A DNA stretch of 64,000 nucleotides from Epithemia pelagica. Lineage: Eukaryota; Protista; Bacillariophyta. Positions 42,051 to 53,424 of the stretch are shown piece after piece. The stretch lies in the NCBI GenBank assembly GCA_946965045.2, contig OX337228.1:1860001-1924000 (forward strand), in the 5' to 3' direction. The notes under the pieces were generated by a model, which was not told the origin of the DNA, ran no database searches, and saw only the letters and a list, made by a program, of their open reading frames with translations. Numbering within the stretch: the first letter of the stretch is position 1; each line of letters begins with the position of its first letter. The translations under genes and the position numbers were made by a program.

Positions 42051-45000
42051 ATGTCTAACAACAACATGAGTCGATCGGAATGGAGTGCCTTGAGCATTCA
42101 AGACCGTATCCGAGCCATGAACGATACCTTGGATGATGTGGAGGTCCAGCAGCAGCAACAAGGGATACCCAATCTTCCTCCCAATCATGAGGAGGAGGAG
42201 GATCATTCCATGTCCTTGTCCACCTTTCCTTCCTATCTGTCTTCGGTGGCAACCTTCAAGTCATTGGGAGATACCACTGTGGAAGAACGAACCGTGGGCT
42301 CTCTGACTTCCAACCATTCGCAACAACATGCGCATCAATATCAACAACAACAAGAACCACAACATTTTCCAGCACCATCCTCCATCAAGGCACAGCAACA
42401 AACGCCCACGCAAACGAGGACGACGACGAGGCCGTTTTCCTCTCCTCCCAATTCTTTCGGTGCTCCGTCTAATAATACCACGACGACACCGCCGCCTCCA
42501 CAACAACAACAACGAGAGTCGGTGATTGATATCTGGAGAAAACGAGACAACCACAATACTACTACTAGTACGACAAGTACCACACCCAAACCAAAACTAC
42601 CCTCGTCTCCCTCCTTGGCCCAACAACAACAACAACGAACGACAGTAGCATCCTTGTCTCCCCAACGACCTCGGCCCACCCATGCGACGACAACAACAAC
42701 AGCACCGTCCTGGGCCATGGCACCACCCGAAACGCCACCACAACGCACCCCGAAAAAAATGAGTTTGGCCTCTCCGACTGTGACGTTGTCGCCTCATTCC
42801 GTCACGACTCCCAAACAACAGCAACAACAACAACAACACCAGCAACAACACTCTCAGTCCTCGTTGTATTCTAACAACAACAACAACAACAACAACAACA
42901 AGGCATCCTGGACCCAGCCAAACAGGGCAGCGTCACCCAAAACGGCGCCGGAAACACCACCAGCGAACAAACCACCATCGGCACGATTTTTACCCAAACC
43001 CGCTTCCTTGCCATCCTTGAAAAAGAATACAAGCGTCCTGGCGAACAACAACAACAACAAAGCCTTTTCCAATCATGGCAACACCGCCACCCATACGAGG
43101 ACGCCATCCTCCTCCTCTCCGTCGTGGGCCACGGCACGAGCTGCCGCCGACCATCCTTCCACACCCATTGTAGCTCGACGGTCCTCGCCACCCGTGTCGA
43201 CGACCAGCAATAACAAGACCGGGGAACCGGCCGATTTGACCATTGTCCCAGCCGCCACGACTCATGCGGCGACTCCCTTAAAGAAAACTCCCAGTAGTAG
43301 CAATCCCCGGAGTGGTGGTGCTGCAGCTGCTGCGGACGACAGTCCGGCCAACCATGATCGTCCGGCCAGTGTTCGAGACTTTTGGGCGCAACGAGGATTG
43401 CAACCCATTTCATCCTCCTCACCACCCGTCGTCGCCAGTACTACGACGACAACAACAACGACGCCCGCTCGAAGTACTTCCCCCAGTGCCGCATCGGTCG
43501 CGTCGGGGACGTCCGCTTCTCGTGTTTCGGTGGTGGATCGCTGGAATCGACGGTCCGCCGGTGGACTGGAGGATGAAACCAACCACAACACCCCACGGTC
43601 GGAACCGCCAATGCAAGCACCATCACCACCACCCTTTCTTCTTCCCGCGGATGATACTGCGGCAGCTCATGCCTCGGTATTGGATCGATGGAAACGAAAA
43701 TCCTCGACACCGACAACCACGCAACCACGTGGAGATGCCAAACCGACCATGGTCGATAAACCCATCAACGACCCACCACCCACAGGGAATCCAGAACCAA
43801 CAACGACGACAACAACCGTCCAACCAGTCATTTCAAACAACAACAACAACCACAATCGCTGGAAACCAAAGGCCACAACCACGGAATCGGCGCCAACTAC
43901 GACGACCACAACACAGTTTTCCAAACCACAAGTCATACCCACCCAACGAGACGACGAGCCAACAACAACAGAAACACCCAGGAAATCATCCTCCTTGGCC
44001 GCTCCAGCACACAGGAAACCATCCCCCGGAGGCTACCAGCATTCCTCGTTACCAGTGGAAACCACCTCCTCCTCCAAACCATCCAATACTCGATCATCAT
44101 CGGTGGCGGATTTTTGGAGACAACGAGTTGAAACAGAACAAGACAATACTATTGGAATGGGACAGCAAGAGGAGGAACAACAACCAACACCCAAAATGAG
44201 TAACAATAACAATAACGCAGACGCAACACGGCGGTCCTCCGTGGCCGATCGATGGAATCCTCCACCACGGCGGTCGGCATCGGTACATCCAAGAGACCCT
44301 CCTCCTACACCTACTACTACTACGGCAAGGAATAGTCCGGGTCGTAGCATGTCGGTACCAATTCGGAAACAACGGTCTTCACACGCTGTTGTGTGTGAAC
44401 CAGACGCCACTATGTCGTCGTCCTCCTTTTTTCCCTTTGCCGAAGATGAAAAATCTGAAAAAGATGGCGTCGTCGTCGCAGATACAGACAACAACAACAA
44501 CAACCAAAAGTCTTGGTCCTGGCGATCGTCGTCCAAGTCACCCACCAACAACAACAACAAGGCTTCCTTATATCCCTCGGTGGTCCAACCCGCCAAGGAG
44601 AGTGGTGGTGGTGGTCCTAAAAGAATACCCATGGCCGAACCTTCACCCCGTCGTGTACCATCCAGTCCGGGGAAACAACCACCACATGGGCCTCACAGAA
44701 AAGAACAACCACAACAACAGAACAACCAGAGTAGTAGCACTACAGAGGGTATGACCATTGCCGAGCGCATGGCTTTGTTACAACAATCACCACAGTATCA
44801 GGATAATACTAAATCGTCCTCCGAAATCAAATCTCCCACTCCGAGCAATGCTCGACGGTCGGTAAAGGATCGATGGACCCCACTGCAATCGGCTGGCAAG
44901 GGAAGTGACTTTCCCCCACCATCGCCCTTTTCCCGGGAGAAACAGAGTGATATCATGCTTCCCTCGTTTGCCAAAGATGCACACGACAAGACAGAGAAGC

Positions 45001-48000
45001 GAGCTATTTCGACACTTCCATCGAGTGTACGGAAAATGGATGAAAGAGACATTTCAGAAGCAGACACGGATGCAGCTGCCTCGGTTGCGGAGAGATCACC
45101 CAAACGACCACCACCCAAGGTGACAGAACGGTGGTCTGCCGCCACCACAAGAAGTGCCAGCACTTCGCCTACACGATCCAGCACTGTCCCTCCAACAAGT
45201 CGCAAGGGTCGTGTCAGCGATCGTTGGGTTGCGGCCTCTTCGGCCAACACGCTCATTAATAGTGGTCCTACCAGCAATCAAGTTTTGGCAACGCCAGATA
45301 GTGGTGCAGCAGTTTCGAAACTCCAGCATACGGATGATTCCAATGTAGTAGACGGTCCGCAGTCCATTGAGGACGAAAAGACAGCTGCCACGGACTCGTC
45401 GGAAAATCAATCAACTTCTCGACCAGGCTTCAAAAGTGACGAGCCATCCCTTCCTCGTGCATCGGAGAGGAACGTGGATGCTGCCAGTGGTATGAAGGTA
45501 CGACCAAGGCATGAATTTCAGACATCACCGTTGACGTCAACACCAGAGGGAACTTCTTCTACTCCTACGGCGAGACGTTCAGGCTCTTCATGGATAAAGC
45601 ACAAGGAGACCGAGAGTACCGAACCTGCTGTCCCGTCACCTGTGCGAGGAACCATGCCAACTACGCCAAGATCTCCGAACAGAGGGGGAAGGACTGGAGG
45701 GAACACATCGGATGACTATAGGATGAATGATACGAAGGAGAAGAAAGAATCCAAACAAGGAGAAAACTGGATCGAACTTGTAGAAACAGAGGATTCTGCA
45801 AAATCGTTCGGACTATCAATACAACCGACAGTGGAAGACTCTGACAGCATTCCTAGCGTACGACAAGATGCGGATAAAGGGTTGCTCGAAAAGACTCATG
45901 ATCAGTTGACACCAGCAAATCAAACCAAAATAGGATCAACCAAAGGCGGCTCGGTCGAAAGTGATACCACGCAGGATACTGCGACAACAGTTGCAGAGAC
46001 GTTAGTGGCACCATCCTCGGCTGGGAGTGGCACGTCGGGGTCCAGACGAGGCGGTGTAATGGTGGGAAATCCGACCCATGTTACCAAGAGCTGGTCAAAT
46101 AGGTTGCCTGAAGGCAGTCCGACATCCACAAACAAGGAACCATTGGACACGTCTACGGATGGGACTCACCTGTTGGCTCACAGTGGCCAGCTCCAGACAC
46201 TGGAAGAGTGTTCGAAAGTACCCTCAACCGCGTCCAGCTCTAGCTCGACAGAGACAGAAGAGCAGTTACTACCACAAGAGCCGACACAAACCACTGGAAT
46301 CGAAAGAATATCTCCACCTCATGACTCATCCCAGAATCCGACACTCAAATCCGAAAACTCACCCCCTCGTCCTCCCGCGTCCAAGAAAGCTTCAGTTGTC
46401 AAGAAAAGGCCTGGTGTTTCAAAGAGCCGCACCCCCTCTCCTGTTCCTCCCATCAAGTCGAAGCAGAAAGCCCGCATTGTCGGAGCTCCCTTAACTCCGC
46501 CGCGGAAGTCTGGCTCTAAGGCAGTTCCTGTTCTTCTGTCTCCTGTGCTAACTCCTCCCCGGCCGGACTCGGGCTCCATTGCTACAGGCATACGTCACGT
46601 TCCTTCGATTTCGACTCCTAATTCTGCAAAGACGACGCCAGTGTCATCTCATGCAATAGGTCCTGTTGCCACACGTGATCGGACCAGAAGAGGAAGCGAA
46701 AAAGGCAGCAACAAGCTGCTGTCTTCAAGTTCTTCTGAGAGTTCTGATGCAAAAGGTTATGCGCTACCAACTCCTGAGAGAAATGATACACATGCAAAAG
46801 GGCCATTTGACAAACATCTTCTCGTTCTCATGTCATCTCAATCGCTCTCCAGGGATCAAGTTTCCATCCAACAACAGGTCGAAACCATCCTCAACGCCCA
46901 GCACATCCCGTACGAAGAGCTGGATGGCGCCATTAAGCCAAATCGAGAAAAGAGGAACGAACTCTTCAACATCTCTGGAATATGGGCGAAGTATCCACAA
47001 TTTTTTGTTGTTACTGGCAATCGCACTATATTTTGGGGTGACTGGGAAACTCTTCAAGAACGCAATGAAAATGGAACATTGCTTGAATCCTTCATGTTTC
47101 CTTCTTCCCACTCTCCCATGGCAACAGCAAACCTTGTATCCATCCCTCGTGAAACGCCAGAGATGCCTAGTCTGGCAAACATAGTGCCAACTGTCCATGG
47201 AATTGATGATAAAAAGGAAACGGCATCACGAAAATCTTCGAAAAACAAGGCCCTGGACCCCTACAAGGTTGTCCCGAAGACTAGACCCAATACTACACAC
47301 AAGAAAACAGACTCCGCAAAACCTCTTGAGGGTCCTGTCAAATCTTCTATGTCGTCAGCATTTGATACCTGGGCGAAAAAGGTTAACGGACCAGAGGCTT
47401 CGCCCGTTCCATCCGAATCTTCTCGTGGCTCAAGATCAAAAAGTCTGGCCAGACGGCATGTCGCTAGGCGCACTGACGACGACGTTGTATCCCAGCAAAG
47501 AAGCGCTTCTGTTAGCAAAGAACGAAGTCATTCAATGGGCCACAGCACTAAGCCGGAGCCTATGGTTAAAGGTGAGAAGAAAGGACAGAAAGGTAATGAA
47601 ACCAAGAAGAGGTACACGCGGCCTTTAAAATCCTATGCGACATGGGAAAATGCTCGTGCGGAAGCTATTTCGAGCAGTGCTTCAAATGAAGATTCAGTGG
47701 AAGACTCCGACGCCAACAAGGAGAAAGATGCTTCTGAGACTACAGGATTCTCGTACAACCTTGCGGCCCATAGGTCATTTGCGGCAACAAGAAGAATAGC
47801 AGACTCCGCCTCTAGCTCAACGGCAAGTATCTCAGATGACAACAAAGCGGAAATTGTGACGGTGGACGATCTGCGACATGATCCATTATCCATGGAAGTA
47901 TCCATTGGCACCAACGCATCCCAAAGTCACCCCGACGGTCCAACAAACGCTTCGAGAACATTGACGTCGGCTTCCAAGATGGCGAGCCAACGGCTTCTTG

Positions 48001-50444
48001 CGAGGAAGCGTGAGTTGCAGGCTCATCGGCAGCAACAGAAGCTCGCCGCTCCAAGACTTCTCGAAAGCAAACCTTCTGCCTCTACAACTAGAAGCAGCAA
48101 CTCTTCCAACCCGAAGAAGACAGTGGCGTCGAAACAGAAAGGGGAATCACCGTATGATGCCACGAAGGATGCTTCTACAAATGTGGAGGTTAAACCTGTC
48201 GTGAAACTGCACAAGAATGACCCGGATCCAGTTTCAAAGTTGCCGCTGAACACAAAATCGCTCGACAAACAGAACGATCATTCCAACAATGCCGATGCTC
48301 AAATGGAAAAGAAACCATTGACAGATGACCGATACTCGCGAAGCTTTAATCCGCACTCTCAAAGGAATGCGACAGCACACACTCATGACCAAACCGATCT
48401 TGTCGAAAAAGTGGATGATAAAGCACAAGCGCGAGTTGATGTCGCTGATGACAAGAAAGCCCGCTCCAAAAATGTGGATCCTTCCATGAAAATGAAACGG
48501 AACAACTTTAAACGAACGTCTAGTCCCAAGAATGTACCAGTTTCGAAACAACGAAATGATAATAGTAATCCCAGGACAAGAAACGCTGACTCCATGTCAG
48601 GAGCGAATAAACGTCACAATGACCCAAAACCCCGTGACCGTAACGATAAGACGAGTAGTGAACTTGTCGAGTCATTCAAAGGTGAACACTCTGCACCTTC
48701 GAATCGGCCGCCCGGCGGCGAGAATATGAAGATAGAAGCGAATCAAAAGGAAGTTAAACCGCCTCCTTCTCTCACAATGCAGCTCGCGTCCCTGTTAATG
48801 CCAAAAGAGCGAAACGACGACGCCTCCTGTGGAGATCGAGAAGAGAATCGGTCTACTTTTAGTAATCCGACAATCGCATCCGAAATGTTGGAGGCACGTA
48901 TGTCCTCGTTTAATTCTTTTGTTTCGGGAAACTATTCGGCCCAAATCACTTCTCCGTTGTCCTGTGGAGAAGGAACTGTGGATCCGCCTTCTGAATTGCA
49001 CCTCTCTCATGCAGCAATTGGAGGACAGCCAATCGACGTGACATCCCCGCTTTCTGAGAAAGAGCACATTCCCACACAAGGTGGAACTCCAGCTTCGATC
49101 GGAGGCCAGGACATCGATACGCCTGCACCTGCAGGAAACCCACAGGACGAAAATAAAGGACGCTTTTCCTTTTCTCAGGCCGACATTCGTCAATCGGAGG
49201 TTCGATCGTTGTCTGGTATGTCCAGGGCATCGTCCATAGCAAGTCGGGCGGAACAGGTGCTCAAACGAAGACGGAAAAGAACTGAGAATCAAGAACCCCA
49301 GCATGCTCGTTCACTAGAGGACGAGCAACTTGCTGAAAGAACGGCTCGAGCAGTCCTTTACGGAAACCAATACCGAGACGAGCATAGAGAGCAAAACCCT
49401 GCCCGACAGGCTGTTCAAATGGAGCAGACCAATTTGAAACAAAACGAGCTTGATGAACTGGATGCAATCATCAGTAAGACTCCAGCCACGACCACAGTTA
49501 AGGAACGACCTGGCTTGTCGTCGAGGTACGAAACGTCATCGCGCTTCATGGGAAGTGTTGTTGATGAAACAGAAGGTGCTGCCCAACAGTCAGTTGCTCC
49601 CGGGTCGGAGTACACTTACGAAACGACATCGGATTTCCCAACTACACCTGTGCAGCAACACGAACTGAGACCAGACGCATCTGGCGTCTCCCCAGGAAAG
49701 GCTGTCACCAAAGCGGCGAATAGTTTTTCGTCGGATAATGGGATGGACAACGCAGGCGGTACACCAAGCCGCATGACGAATGTTTCTTCTGAAAGTTCGT
49801 TTGTAGGCGTCGAAAGTGGCAACCAGTACACACGACCAACGCGTTTCCTCAGTACCAAAGGCTCGGAATCTGTTATGTCGCCACGATACGACGTTATCAA
49901 TGAAGAAGACGAAGAAGCTACCTATCATACGTATCGGTCAGAGAAGCAATCAAGTTTTAGTTTGGGTCAAGTTGTTGCTGGATTCGCTGGGGATGTTAGT
50001 TCGGTCTTGTCGTTTAAAGGGTTCCAGTCCAGTACGCCCGATCGAAGGGACCTAACATTCGATTCCGAAAGGAAGGACCTCCAAACCGCTGTAAGTGGAG
50101 AGCAGGAATCTGAATTCTTGAACAGGGTTTGTACCGATTTTATGCAGTTTGCTCCAGAAGAAGAAGAAGTTGCTATCGAAGTAGAGTACATGGAGGACTC
50201 TATGGACGACGCTGAAGAAGAGGATGGTCAACTTGGCCTGTGCTCAGGACATCGGCAAGATGCGAGTTCAACCATGCTTCAAATGCAGCAATCGACGGAA
50301 TACAGTGCTTTCACTGCCTCTGTCTGTACAGAAGGAAAAGTATGTCCGAGAGAGACAAATTGTCAATCGCAGGAACAAAGTTTTGAAGAGGAAGAGGAAG
50401 AAGTGAATGAGAACAAGTCCAGACGGAGAACGGCTGAGGCTTAG
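42051..50444 (+). CDS. Giant disordered protein (2797 aa) with repeated SVxDxW-type motifs and one SH3BGR/glutaredoxin-like domain (about 46812-47085)
   Basis: 8.4-kb ORF; LLVLMSSQS...QQQVETILNAQHIPYEELDG...KRNELFNISG...YPQFF...GDWETLQERNENGTL resembles the SH3BGR thioredoxin fold. Confidence 0.8.
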   Translation: MSNNNMSRSEWSALSIQDRIRAMNDTLDDVEVQQQQQGIPNLPPNHEEEEDHSMSLSTFPSYLSSVATFKSLGDTTVEERTVGSLTSNHSQQHAHQYQQQQEPQHFPAPSSIKAQQQTPTQTRTTTRPFSSPPNSFGAPSNNTTTTPPPPQQQQRESVIDIWRKRDNHNTTTSTTSTTPKPKLPSSPSLAQQQQQRTTVASLSPQRPRPTHATTTTTAPSWAMAPPETPPQRTPKKMSLASPTVTLSPHSVTTPKQQQQQQQHQQQHSQSSLYSNNNNNNNNNKASWTQPNRAASPKTAPETPPANKPPSARFLPKPASLPSLKKNTSVLANNNNNKAFSNHGNTATHTRTPSSSSPSWATARAAADHPSTPIVARRSSPPVSTTSNNKTGEPADLTIVPAATTHAATPLKKTPSSSNPRSGGAAAAADDSPANHDRPASVRDFWAQRGLQPISSSSPPVVASTTTTTTTTPARSTSPSAASVASGTSASRVSVVDRWNRRSAGGLEDETNHNTPRSEPPMQAPSPPPFLLPADDTAAAHASVLDRWKRKSSTPTTTQPRGDAKPTMVDKPINDPPPTGNPEPTTTTTTVQPVISNNNNNHNRWKPKATTTESAPTTTTTTQFSKPQVIPTQRDDEPTTTETPRKSSSLAAPAHRKPSPGGYQHSSLPVETTSSSKPSNTRSSSVADFWRQRVETEQDNTIGMGQQEEEQQPTPKMSNNNNNADATRRSSVADRWNPPPRRSASVHPRDPPPTPTTTTARNSPGRSMSVPIRKQRSSHAVVCEPDATMSSSSFFPFAEDEKSEKDGVVVADTDNNNNNQKSWSWRSSSKSPTNNNNKASLYPSVVQPAKESGGGGPKRIPMAEPSPRRVPSSPGKQPPHGPHRKEQPQQQNNQSSSTTEGMTIAERMALLQQSPQYQDNTKSSSEIKSPTPSNARRSVKDRWTPLQSAGKGSDFPPPSPFSREKQSDIMLPSFAKDAHDKTEKRAISTLPSSVRKMDERDISEADTDAAASVAERSPKRPPPKVTERWSAATTRSASTSPTRSSTVPPTSRKGRVSDRWVAASSANTLINSGPTSNQVLATPDSGAAVSKLQHTDDSNVVDGPQSIEDEKTAATDSSENQSTSRPGFKSDEPSLPRASERNVDAASGMKVRPRHEFQTSPLTSTPEGTSSTPTARRSGSSWIKHKETESTEPAVPSPVRGTMPTTPRSPNRGGRTGGNTSDDYRMNDTKEKKESKQGENWIELVETEDSAKSFGLSIQPTVEDSDSIPSVRQDADKGLLEKTHDQLTPANQTKIGSTKGGSVESDTTQDTATTVAETLVAPSSAGSGTSGSRRGGVMVGNPTHVTKSWSNRLPEGSPTSTNKEPLDTSTDGTHLLAHSGQLQTLEECSKVPSTASSSSSTETEEQLLPQEPTQTTGIERISPPHDSSQNPTLKSENSPPRPPASKKASVVKKRPGVSKSRTPSPVPPIKSKQKARIVGAPLTPPRKSGSKAVPVLLSPVLTPPRPDSGSIATGIRHVPSISTPNSAKTTPVSSHAIGPVATRDRTRRGSEKGSNKLLSSSSSESSDAKGYALPTPERNDTHAKGPFDKHLLVLMSSQSLSRDQVSIQQQVETILNAQHIPYEELDGAIKPNREKRNELFNISGIWAKYPQFFVVTGNRTIFWGDWETLQERNENGTLLESFMFPSSHSPMATANLVSIPRETPEMPSLANIVPTVHGIDDKKETASRKSSKNKALDPYKVVPKTRPNTTHKKTDSAKPLEGPVKSSMSSAFDTWAKKVNGPEASPVPSESSRGSRSKSLARRHVARRTDDDVVSQQRSASVSKERSHSMGHSTKPEPMVKGEKKGQKGNETKKRYTRPLKSYATWENARAEAISSSASNEDSVEDSDANKEKDASETTGFSYNLAAHRSFAATRRIADSASSSTASISDDNKAEIVTVDDLRHDPLSMEVSIGTNASQSHPDGPTNASRTLTSASKMASQRLLARKRELQAHRQQQKLAAPRLLESKPSASTTRSSNSSNPKKTVASKQKGESPYDATKDASTNVEVKPVVKLHKNDPDPVSKLPLNTKSLDKQNDHSNNADAQMEKKPLTDDRYSRSFNPHSQRNATAHTHDQTDLVEKVDDKAQARVDVADDKKARSKNVDPSMKMKRNNFKRTSSPKNVPVSKQRNDNSNPRTRNADSMSGANKRHNDPKPRDRNDKTSSELVESFKGEHSAPSNRPPGGENMKIEANQKEVKPPPSLTMQLASLLMPKERNDDASCGDREENRSTFSNPTIASEMLEARMSSFNSFVSGNYSAQITSPLSCGEGTVDPPSELHLSHAAIGGQPIDVTSPLSEKEHIPTQGGTPASIGGQDIDTPAPAGNPQDENKGRFSFSQADIRQSEVRSLSGMSRASSIASRAEQVLKRRRKRTENQEPQHARSLEDEQLAERTARAVLYGNQYRDEHREQNPARQAVQMEQTNLKQNELDELDAIISKTPATTTVKERPGLSSRYETSSRFMGSVVDETEGAAQQSVAPGSEYTYETTSDFPTTPVQQHELRPDASGVSPGKAVTKAANSFSSDNGMDNAGGTPSRMTNVSSESSFVGVESGNQYTRPTRFLSTKGSESVMSPRYDVINEEDEEATYHTYRSEKQSSFSLGQVVAGFAGDVSSVLSFKGFQSSTPDRRDLTFDSERKDLQTAVSGEQESEFLNRVCTDFMQFAPEEEEVAIEVEYMEDSMDDAEEEDGQLGLCSGHRQDASSTMLQMQQSTEYSAFTASVCTEGKVCPRETNCQSQEQSFEEEEEEVNENKSRRRTAEA

Positions 50445-50509
50445 AATATTTACGCAAGTACTACTGTTGTACACTGAAAAATTGTTAAATGTGTGACTAC
50501 GAATATATC

Positions 50510-53424
50510 TTAAGATACCTTCTTAGTAAGATAACCGACCATTTCCACCGACGCACCGGCCAACAAGGCGCAATCCAGAACATTATGGTGCGATGCATCC
50601 AATGCATCCATCTTGGCACCATTCTGCAAAAGCAATTCGGCACATTCTCTGCCCAGCCACGAACCGTCCCCTTCAGGTCTAGTTGCAAGCGCACAGGCAT
50701 GAAGGGCAGTTTTTCCACCATCGCCGTCGTCTTTCCAGTCCACACTCGCACCATGTGATAGTGCATGAACCATTGCAACAATATCGGCGCTTCTAGCAGC
50801 AGCCATTAAGTCTTTGTTATATTTCAAAATTCGTTCATCCTCTGTTCTCCCATCTGATTCTTGGACATCAAGAAAGCCTTTCCATTGGTATTTGCTGCGA
50901 ATCCATTCATCTCGAGTTTTACGGTCTGCGTCTGGAGTTGGCTTGGTCCATCCTCGTTGCTGTCCAACGTTGCCCTCCCAAATCGGATTGACTTTTTCAT
51001 TTCCCAAGGCCAGAAGTAGTGATGCTTCGCCTTCGGTTAGGGAATCCAATTTAAGAGAGCGCACCTTACTAACGTGAACACCCAAACTACGATGCACGGC
51101 ACTGCATTCTATGCAGACCAGTACTCCAAGGTTCAGGGATGCCCAGTCCGGATCTTTCGCACTGCAATCTGCGCAGATACGGTTGGCTCCCATTATTTGG
51201 GTGACAAAATGGCCCCTTGCTGACAGCATATCTTTATCATCGTCGTTGACGGCCAAGGCCGCCGCTAGAGTCCTGGTATCAAAATCATCGCCTTCGTCGT
51301 CCGACGAGTACATGCTCCCCACACTAAAACGTCGGGTAGCCTTTTTGCCAATATTTTGATTCAAGTCTTGGGAATGGTTCCCATGGACCAATTGTTCGGC
51401 CGCATTGGTTCGGATCCCTTCGACCCACATGGAGTACTCCACCGGACCACGTGCCTGTAACGTTAACGGCCGTTCACTGGGGGTCACGAGCTGAAAGCAG
51501 AATCGACGATCGGAATCATTGGGGTATCTCAATTCTCTTACCGTAGTAAGGACAACATCGCAAACCTTGAATCGTTGTGCCGCTTGCACATCGCCATAGC
51601 CTTTCTCATTGTCCACCTCCCAGGGTGATGTGGTGGATTTTTTGGTTTCGTCGTCACGGTAAAAGTAAATTGATTCATGATCCATAATGAACCACCGTCG
51701 TTGCCATGGTTGGAGCGATATCATGGCGGAGGATTTCTTATAGAGCCATCCCTCAATTAAGACACCGGGTAATTTCTCTCGCTGATAATACGATGTATTC
51801 GCCAACTGAATGGGCAACTCCCATAAATTGAGCTGCTTTTCAATCTTGTCCACTTTGGTAATCTGCTTATCAATGTAATTTGGATCGCCCAAAGCCACGG
51901 CCGTGGAAATTTTGCGCGCTTGATTGGTATCCTGTTGAATACGCCCATTCAAGTGCTCCAAATCCAAGAGCCGTTTTTGCCATTTGGGCGTCACATTTTG
52001 CGCAAAGTTACTGGAGAGTTGTGACTGATTCTCTTGAATCCGTTGCAATTTGGGAATGGCACCAAGAACAGTATCGGCACAATGGTAGTGATAGGCTCGT
52101 AAGCCATGAACAAAGGCTACAGTGGATTCACCCAATTCAAAATTGCGTCGATGTTTCAAATCAATCAAGTGCTTCATGAGCTGAAACCGCTTCACTTCGG
52201 CATCGGCTTGTGCCAATCGAATTTGTTCCAATTGCAATCGCAAATCGGCGGCCATGGTAGCCCGATTGAGTGTGTCTTCATTGACGGATGAATTGTTGGA
52301 CCGTGGTGTTCCACTTAAGGACGATGAGAGACCCGATCCTCTTCGACCAAAGCCCGCACTCGCGCTCGACTTTTCACTCGTCGCATTTCTCCAAGAGCGT
52401 AAAAAGCCATCCTTGGCCGTGTCTTTGGTGCGGTTATCCTCCAAATTGGGTTCCTTGGCCGTAATGTATTTGGCATACAAGGCTTCGGCATGATCTGTGG
52501 CTGCTGTAGCATCCTTGTGCAAGACCTGGACAGTTTGCAATTCGGATTGATAAAAGGCCTCAAAGGTATCTGCCAAGGTTGACTCCAAGGTTCGACACAG
52601 GTTGAGTTGTGCATCAGTGACTTCGTCAATGAGCTAGGTAGGTACGCAAAACAACCAAAGATAAAAGACAAAACAATAAAAGAGGGCAGAGTAAAAGAGA
52701 GAACAACAGCATGTTAGAGATGCGCGAGGATTTGCCGAAAGTTTTGGATGTCGCTCCAAATCCTTCTGTTTGAGGATTGTTGAGATTGGTTTATTTCCAA
52801 ACACTGATTTCTTACACTTCCGACATGAACCAAAAGACTGGCCATATCTTCACCGACCGCCAATCGCCGATGTTGATGAATGGATTCTTGGAGTTGTTGG
52901 ACTTGTCGTGGCGTTTTGCCTTCCAAAATGGCCTCCATATTGGGTGTTGGCTGTTGCAATTTACAGCACTGAGACAGTCGTCCAGCCGCTTCACACATGA
53001 GTGTACTGGTTCGGGTCCAGGTTCGAGCCTTTTCGGCAATGCCTTGGAGGGTATCTCCCATGACGGCCAAGGATTGCAGTTCGGCCGTACAAAAGGCTGT
53101 GTAATAGGGCGACTCGGCCGTAAAACTCGTGGAACTGCTCACCAAGGTGGACGAAATCGACGATCGTTCCGGGCCTGTTGCTTGTCGTCCAGTCCCATTG
53201 CTACCACTACTCGTGCTATTACTGCTTCGACCACTCGAATCCATGCTAATGCTTCGACGAGGACTGTCTTTGGTCATTTCGGTGCTTGGCGATTGCTGCT
53301 GCTGCTGCTGAGGTTGTGAGTCGTCTTGTTCTTCGTTTTTCGACGAGGAGGAAAACGAGGCTTTGCGAGTCGGCAATCCTGCTTGCGTTTCAATGGCATC
53401 AATATCATCGGATAAGCTACTCAT
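50510..53424 (-). CDS. ACAP: ArfGAP with BAR, PH, ArfGAP and ankyrin domains (ACAP/centaurin-beta type); 2 exons: 53424-52816, 52633-50510 (910 aa)
   Basis: Helical BAR-like region, PH (IEGWLYKKS...WQRRWF...RRFCFQLVT), ArfGAP zinc finger [37 protein letters not shown] and ankyrin GKTALHAC; intron 52634-52815 (GTAAGA...TAG), phase 0. Confidence 0.9.
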
